From Nemertoderma westbladi (taxonomy: Eukaryota > Animalia > Xenacoelomorpha): DNA of 35,479 bases. The translations under genes and the position numbers were made by a program. This document shows, piece after piece, positions 31,383 to 35,479 of this stretch. The stretch covers positions 1 to 35,479 of the forward strand of contig JAUCBJ010003154.1 of NCBI GenBank assembly GCA_032718475.1, given 5' to 3'. The notes beneath the pieces are model-generated. The model was not told the DNA's origin, did not search any database, and worked only from the letters and a program-made list of their open reading frames with translations. The first letter of the stretch is position 1; every line of letters starts with the position of its first letter.

Positions 31383-34265
31383 TCAACGAGTGAATTTTGC
31401 GTGGGTAAGTAAGTCCGTTTTTAATAATTGCACGGAGAAAATATTTATACTTTTGGCATCAACAGCTTGTGCTGGTAATGAGTTCCATACGGGCACAACA
31501 CGGTGAGAAAATGAATGCTTACAGATTTGAAGTCTACATTGGGGAACATACAGTTTATGATTATGACCACGTAGACCAGCTCTTGGGGCACTTGTGAACA
31601 TCTTATTGAAATCTATATCTACTAAACCATGCTTTATACGATACAACATTTTGAGGTCGAAAATAATTCTACGCACCTCTAACGGTTGCACAGATAGATA
31701 CTGTATGCGATTGAGGTAACTGACATACGGTAGTTTGCAGCGAGCGTACAATCGTCTGGTAAAGTACCGTTGTACTTTCTCAACAAGGTCAATACTTTTT
31801 TTTGTGAAAGGGGACCATATGGGTGTGCAATATTCCAGCAACGGTCTTACCAGAGTCTTGTATGCTGTTAGCAGGGCTTTAATATTAGCTGTCCGTACAC
31901 TACGAAATATCCAGTTCAGTATTTTGTACGCTTTTGCAACTTGTTCCCTACAGTATTTATAAAATTTGAGGTTCGTACACACGATTAAGCCTAGATCCTT
32001 ACAGTATGTATCTGATTTAAGCACTGCACCATTTAAATTATAAACAAATTTATTATTATTTCCACCTACGTAAACAACCGAGCATTTGTGCGCCGCTACT
32101 GTTAGTTGCCATTTTCTAGTCCAGTCTTCCAAGTTTTGAAGGGCTGAGGCTAGAGAATCACAATCTTCCTCCGGTGCATAAAGCTTAAGGTCATCAGCAA
32201 ATAGTTTATTACATACAGGTAACAATGCATCAGGTAAATCATTAATAAATAAAAGAAACAATACTGGCCCCAAGACACTGCCTTGAATAGTTCCCGATGT
32301 AACTACACAGTAGTCCGATGATTCGGTACCAACAAGTACATTTTGGGTTCTATTACATAGAAATGCACGTATCCATAGAAACAGATCTCCGCATACACCG
32401 TAGCTAGTGAGCTTTGATAGTAATTTAGAGTGAACTACCGAATCAAAGGCTTTTGCAAAGTCTATATATATAATGTCCAGGTTCTTTCGTTTATCAATTA
32501 AATTGAACCAATCAGTAACACATTCTAGCATTTGAGTACAAGTGGATTTACGATGTAAAAAACCGTGTTGTGCCCTACTTATTAATTTATGAGAAAATAA
32601 ATAATCTATTAAAACCTGTTTAATGCGCATTTCCATGAGTTTACAAGCAATACAGATAAGGGATATAGGCCGATAGTTATAAGGATCTGACGGATCGCCT
32701 TTTTTGAACGTTGGTATTATGTTGGCCGTCAGCCAGACAGATGGTAATGCGTGCGTTTCGAATGATACTTGAAAGATTGCTGATAATGGGGCTGCTATAC
32801 AACACGCTAGTTTAACAAATAAAATAGCTGGCAATCCATCAGGGGTCCTACTCTTTTTAGACGCGAGCTTATTTAGCATAACTAACACATTAACTGGGCT
32901 GAAACCAACACTAGACAGATTAACATTGTTACCAACTTTACGTGTAAATATTGGAACCGAGTTATTATCTTCAGTGAAGTTTTCGGAGAGAACTTCACTT
33001 AGAATTTTGGCTTTAATTTTATCGTCTACAATCGTGTCGCCCTTGTAATTTAACGGACCAACACCGGATTTATTTTTGCGTTTCGAGTTTAGGTACTTAA
33101 ATATGTGATTTCTGTCACCAGAATTCAATATTTTGGTTTCTTTCTCGCAGGTTGCCCGGTAGGCCGCTTTAGAGGCGGCTTGCGCCGCATTCTTATATTC
33201 TCGCATACCAGATGCTGTGTGGCGGTGTCTCCACAGCAGCTTTTTGACACGTTGTAGACGTTTTACATAAATTGGATAACTTTTTTTACTAGTATTTTTT
33301 GGTGTTCTGAACGGTACAAACAGGTTAATCCCTTCTTTTAAAACATCACTAAAATTTAAGTAATAGTCATTAACTGTATTACAAAACTGAAACCGGTCAT
33401 TCCAGTTAGTGTTCCGTACATATACATTAAACCCGTCGTAATCACCCTTATTGAAGTCGAAGTAGCCAACCGGTTTGTCATGACTCTGATTGTGGGCTGG
33501 GGCCAGAATGTTGAACGAAACTCCAGCGTGGTCACTGATGGAAAACGGTTCGAATGTGCGCACGTTTGCGACAAATAGTTCATCGCTAGTGAAAACCAAA
33601 TCTAGATTACTCGAGCCACGGGTAGGCTCATGTTGTAACTGGGTTAAACTTGATTCTAACAGCAGCGCTGCGACGCGTTCATAAAGTTCGGTATTTGGGT
33701 AGATACTTTCCTTCCAGTTGAACAAAGGAAGATTGAAATCGCCAGTGATAACGCACGGGTAGTTAACATCCGATAGTAAAGACAGTGCATCGCATAGTAA
33801 GCTGCTGTTATCTGGAATCAGTAAACGCGATGGGGGTCGGTAGGCGCACACGAATCTGGACGGCGCTTTTCCAAGTAGATCGATGGCGACCACTTCGGCA
33901 TCATTATAGGTGTTGGGTAGGTTTACCCGTACACAACGAAATTGATCGCGAACTAAAATTATGACTCCGCCACCATCCCTAGTTTTCCGGTCATTGCGAA
34001 ACATATTAAAGTTTGTGCTAGATGTGATCATTGCATCGGGTATAGTCTCGTTCATCCATGTTTCTGTAATCGCGATGATGTCGTAACTAGTCTCCTTGAG
34101 AAATACTCCTAGATCTGACAGTTTATTTTTCAGCGAACGGGCGTTTAAGCAGCAGCAGTTTAGGATTGGTGTTTTTTTGCGATTCTCTCCCCCTATTGGT
34201 TTTCCGAGGGCGGTGAGGCCTCCGATGGATTGTTGGTAGGGTCCGAGACTGGTACATGGGTCCAC
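31383..34265 (-). CDS. LINE ORF2: AP endonuclease plus reverse transcriptase
   Basis: LNARSL, ITETW, GDFN, SDH (APE); YRPISL, DFAKAFD, QGSVLGP, FADD (RT); C-terminal LRGH..KL..F..RV...WNSLP typical of CR1. Confidence 0.95.
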   Translation of the reverse strand: MDPCTSLGPYQQSIGGLTALGKPIGGENRKKTPILNCCCLNARSLKNKLSDLGVFLKETSYDIIAITETWMNETIPDAMITSSTNFNMFRNDRKTRDGGGVIILVRDQFRCVRVNLPNTYNDAEVVAIDLLGKAPSRFVCAYRPPSRLLIPDNSSLLCDALSLLSDVNYPCVITGDFNLPLFNWKESIYPNTELYERVAALLLESSLTQLQHEPTRGSSNLDLVFTSDELFVANVRTFEPFSISDHAGVSFNILAPAHNQSHDKPVGYFDFNKGDYDGFNVYVRNTNWNDRFQFCNTVNDYYLNFSDVLKEGINLFVPFRTPKNTSKKSYPIYVKRLQRVKKLLWRHRHTASGMREYKNAAQAASKAAYRATCEKETKILNSGDRNHIFKYLNSKRKNKSGVGPLNYKGDTIVDDKIKAKILSEVLSENFTEDNNSVPIFTRKVGNNVNLSSVGFSPVNVLVMLNKLASKKSRTPDGLPAILFVKLACCIAAPLSAIFQVSFETHALPSVWLTANIIPTFKKGDPSDPYNYRPISLICIACKLMEMRIKQVLIDYLFSHKLISRAQHGFLHRKSTCTQMLECVTDWFNLIDKRKNLDIIYIDFAKAFDSVVHSKLLSKLTSYGVCGDLFLWIRAFLCNRTQNVLVGTESSDYCVVTSGTIQGSVLGPVLFLLFINDLPDALLPVCNKLFADDLKLYAPEEDCDSLASALQNLEDWTRKWQLTVAAHKCSVVYVGGNNNKFVYNLNGAVLKSDTYCKDLGLIVCTNLKFYKYCREQVAKAYKILNWIFRSVRTANIKALLTAYKTLVRPLLEYCTPIWSPFTKKSIDLVEKVQRYFTRRLYARCKLPYVSYLNRIQYLSVQPLEVRRIIFDLKMLYRIKHGLVDIDFNKMFTSAPRAGLRGHNHKLYVPQCRLQICKHSFSHRVVPVWNSLPAQAVDAKSINIFSVQLLKTDLLTHAKFTR

Positions 34266-35371
34266 GTTTTATCGCGTTTCCATTTACCATCAGAGTGTTT
34301 AACGAATTTCCACACTGAACCGTCGGACCTTAGGCTGTAGCTTTCGGAATGATCATCTTCAGATTTTGCAGCTTTATTAAGGTCATAAACCTCTTTATTT
34401 CTATCTTTGATACGCGAGCGCTGTTCCGCTGATAGACTCGGGCGAACGCGGATCTTTTTACATAAGTCTGATGATGATACATTTGCAGTCACATTCTTAT
34501 GAAAGGTGCGGGCCCCCTGTTCGCTGTTGAACGAGACTTTTACGAGACGGTCATGGTTCCCAAGACGTCCCAGTCGGGACACTTCGACCACCGAAGACTT
34601 GTCAACCCCGGCCAACTCGCAGAGCTGAAGCACCGAATCTTTAACAGACACCTCGTTATCTTCCTTCAGTCGTGAAATAATGATCTCTTTCTTTAGCTGT
34701 TCTTTTTGGAAAACATCTTTTATGGACTTATCCACAGCTCTGGAAATTGGTGTACTGGGATCGGAAGAATGCCTGGGCTTTCCTTTTCCGCGTTGCACAT
34801 TCCATCGCGAGGATACGTGTACATCTTCGTCCCCATCTAGCTCAGTTCTGAGTTCCAAAATTTCCGTTGATAGAGTAGACAGCCTAAGCGTTAAACTGTC
34901 ACTCAACATTTCAATTTTGTCAGAAAGCGATGTGTCCGGGGTTCCCGGGGAATTGTAGGACTGGACTACCAATCTACCTCTTCCCTCACACTTATTGCAC
35001 AGTATTTTACAGTTTACGCATTTGGCTAAGGTGGATACCTCAGTATTCGATAGTTTCAGGCACGATCCATGGATCCAATGTCCACAGATTTCGCATCCAA
35101 GGCAGTTCTTACCTGCGACTTTCTTGTCACAGTGTGGACAAATGTCCATGGAGTTGACATTTACCGAGTCGTTGTGGCAAGATGATGAGTGGAGGTCGTA
35201 GTCGCTCTTATTCGCGAACAGAGCACTGCAGATATCGCAGTTGTGTAGTTTCGACATATCTATTTTGCCGCCGAGGCTAGGTCTTGGTGCTGAGGTGGTT
35301 GTCCCTCCAGGTACCGCCCCCGCCCCAGCCATGCTTAGTCGCGTCTGTGGTTGCTTGTTCTTTGGTGGCAT
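34193..35371 (-). CDS. LINE ORF1: C2H2-like finger, PHD finger, coiled coil and RRM-like region
   Basis: CDIC-x12-H-x4-H; PHD pattern CPHC..CEIC..WIH..C..CNKC; RLG...R.VKVSF segment. Confidence 0.88.
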   Translation of the reverse strand: MPPKNKQPQTRLSMAGAGAVPGGTTTSAPRPSLGGKIDMSKLHNCDICSALFANKSDYDLHSSSCHNDSVNVNSMDICPHCDKKVAGKNCLGCEICGHWIHGSCLKLSNTEVSTLAKCVNCKILCNKCEGRGRLVVQSYNSPGTPDTSLSDKIEMLSDSLTLRLSTLSTEILELRTELDGDEDVHVSSRWNVQRGKGKPRHSSDPSTPISRAVDKSIKDVFQKEQLKKEIIISRLKEDNEVSVKDSVLQLCELAGVDKSSVVEVSRLGRLGNHDRLVKVSFNSEQGARTFHKNVTANVSSSDLCKKIRVRPSLSAEQRSRIKDRNKEVYDLNKAAKSEDDHSESYSLRSDGSVWKFVKHSDGKWKRDKTWTHVPVSDPTNNPSEASPPSENQ

Positions 35372-35479
35372 TGCAGCAGTACCGGTACGGTAGGTATTGT
35401 TGTATAATGCAGTAATGTATAACCATCCAGTTCACAGTTGCACCGTAGGCTGTAGGCTGTAGGGCTGTAGCCTTCAAAA

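Larger units (their letters stand above)
31024..35371 (-). mobile_element. CR1-clade LINE with two intact ORFs and an (AAAT)n tail
   Basis: ORF1 plus ORF2, ~330-bp 3' UTR, (TATT)n at 31024-31051. 5' boundary and TSD not identified. Confidence 0.9.

Overview
AT-rich animal (probably bilaterian invertebrate) genomic DNA dominated by nested mobile elements. At the left is a small spliced host gene on the - strand (exons ~4732-4579, 2683-2378, 2073-1856) encoding a Pro/Tyr/Gly-rich protein with an HK-rich plus poly-Ser tail, resembling vertebrate PRR13. From 6.9 to 12 kb is a cluster of non-autonomous DNA transposons (TTAA-flanked, TA-flanked and foldback types). The centre is a young, full-length, 15,994-bp BEL/Pao LTR retrotransposon (12889-28882; 1292-bp LTRs with 3 differences seen; GCCTC target-site duplication) inserted in a ~146-bp tandem array carrying CTCF-like motifs. 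At the right is an intact-looking CR1-type LINE on the - strand. The BEL/Pao element is the most unusual object. It has no tRNA-type PBS; instead the 11 nt after the 5' LTR are exactly complementary to a site inside its own LTR, as in Tf1-type self-priming. Its 1.6-kb pol-ORF3 spacer is packed with RNA hairpins, including a duplicated stem-loop with a possible pseudoknot. It also carries an extra non-env ORF with three Cys/His knuckles and a basic tail. All calls were made by eye, without database searches or folding software.
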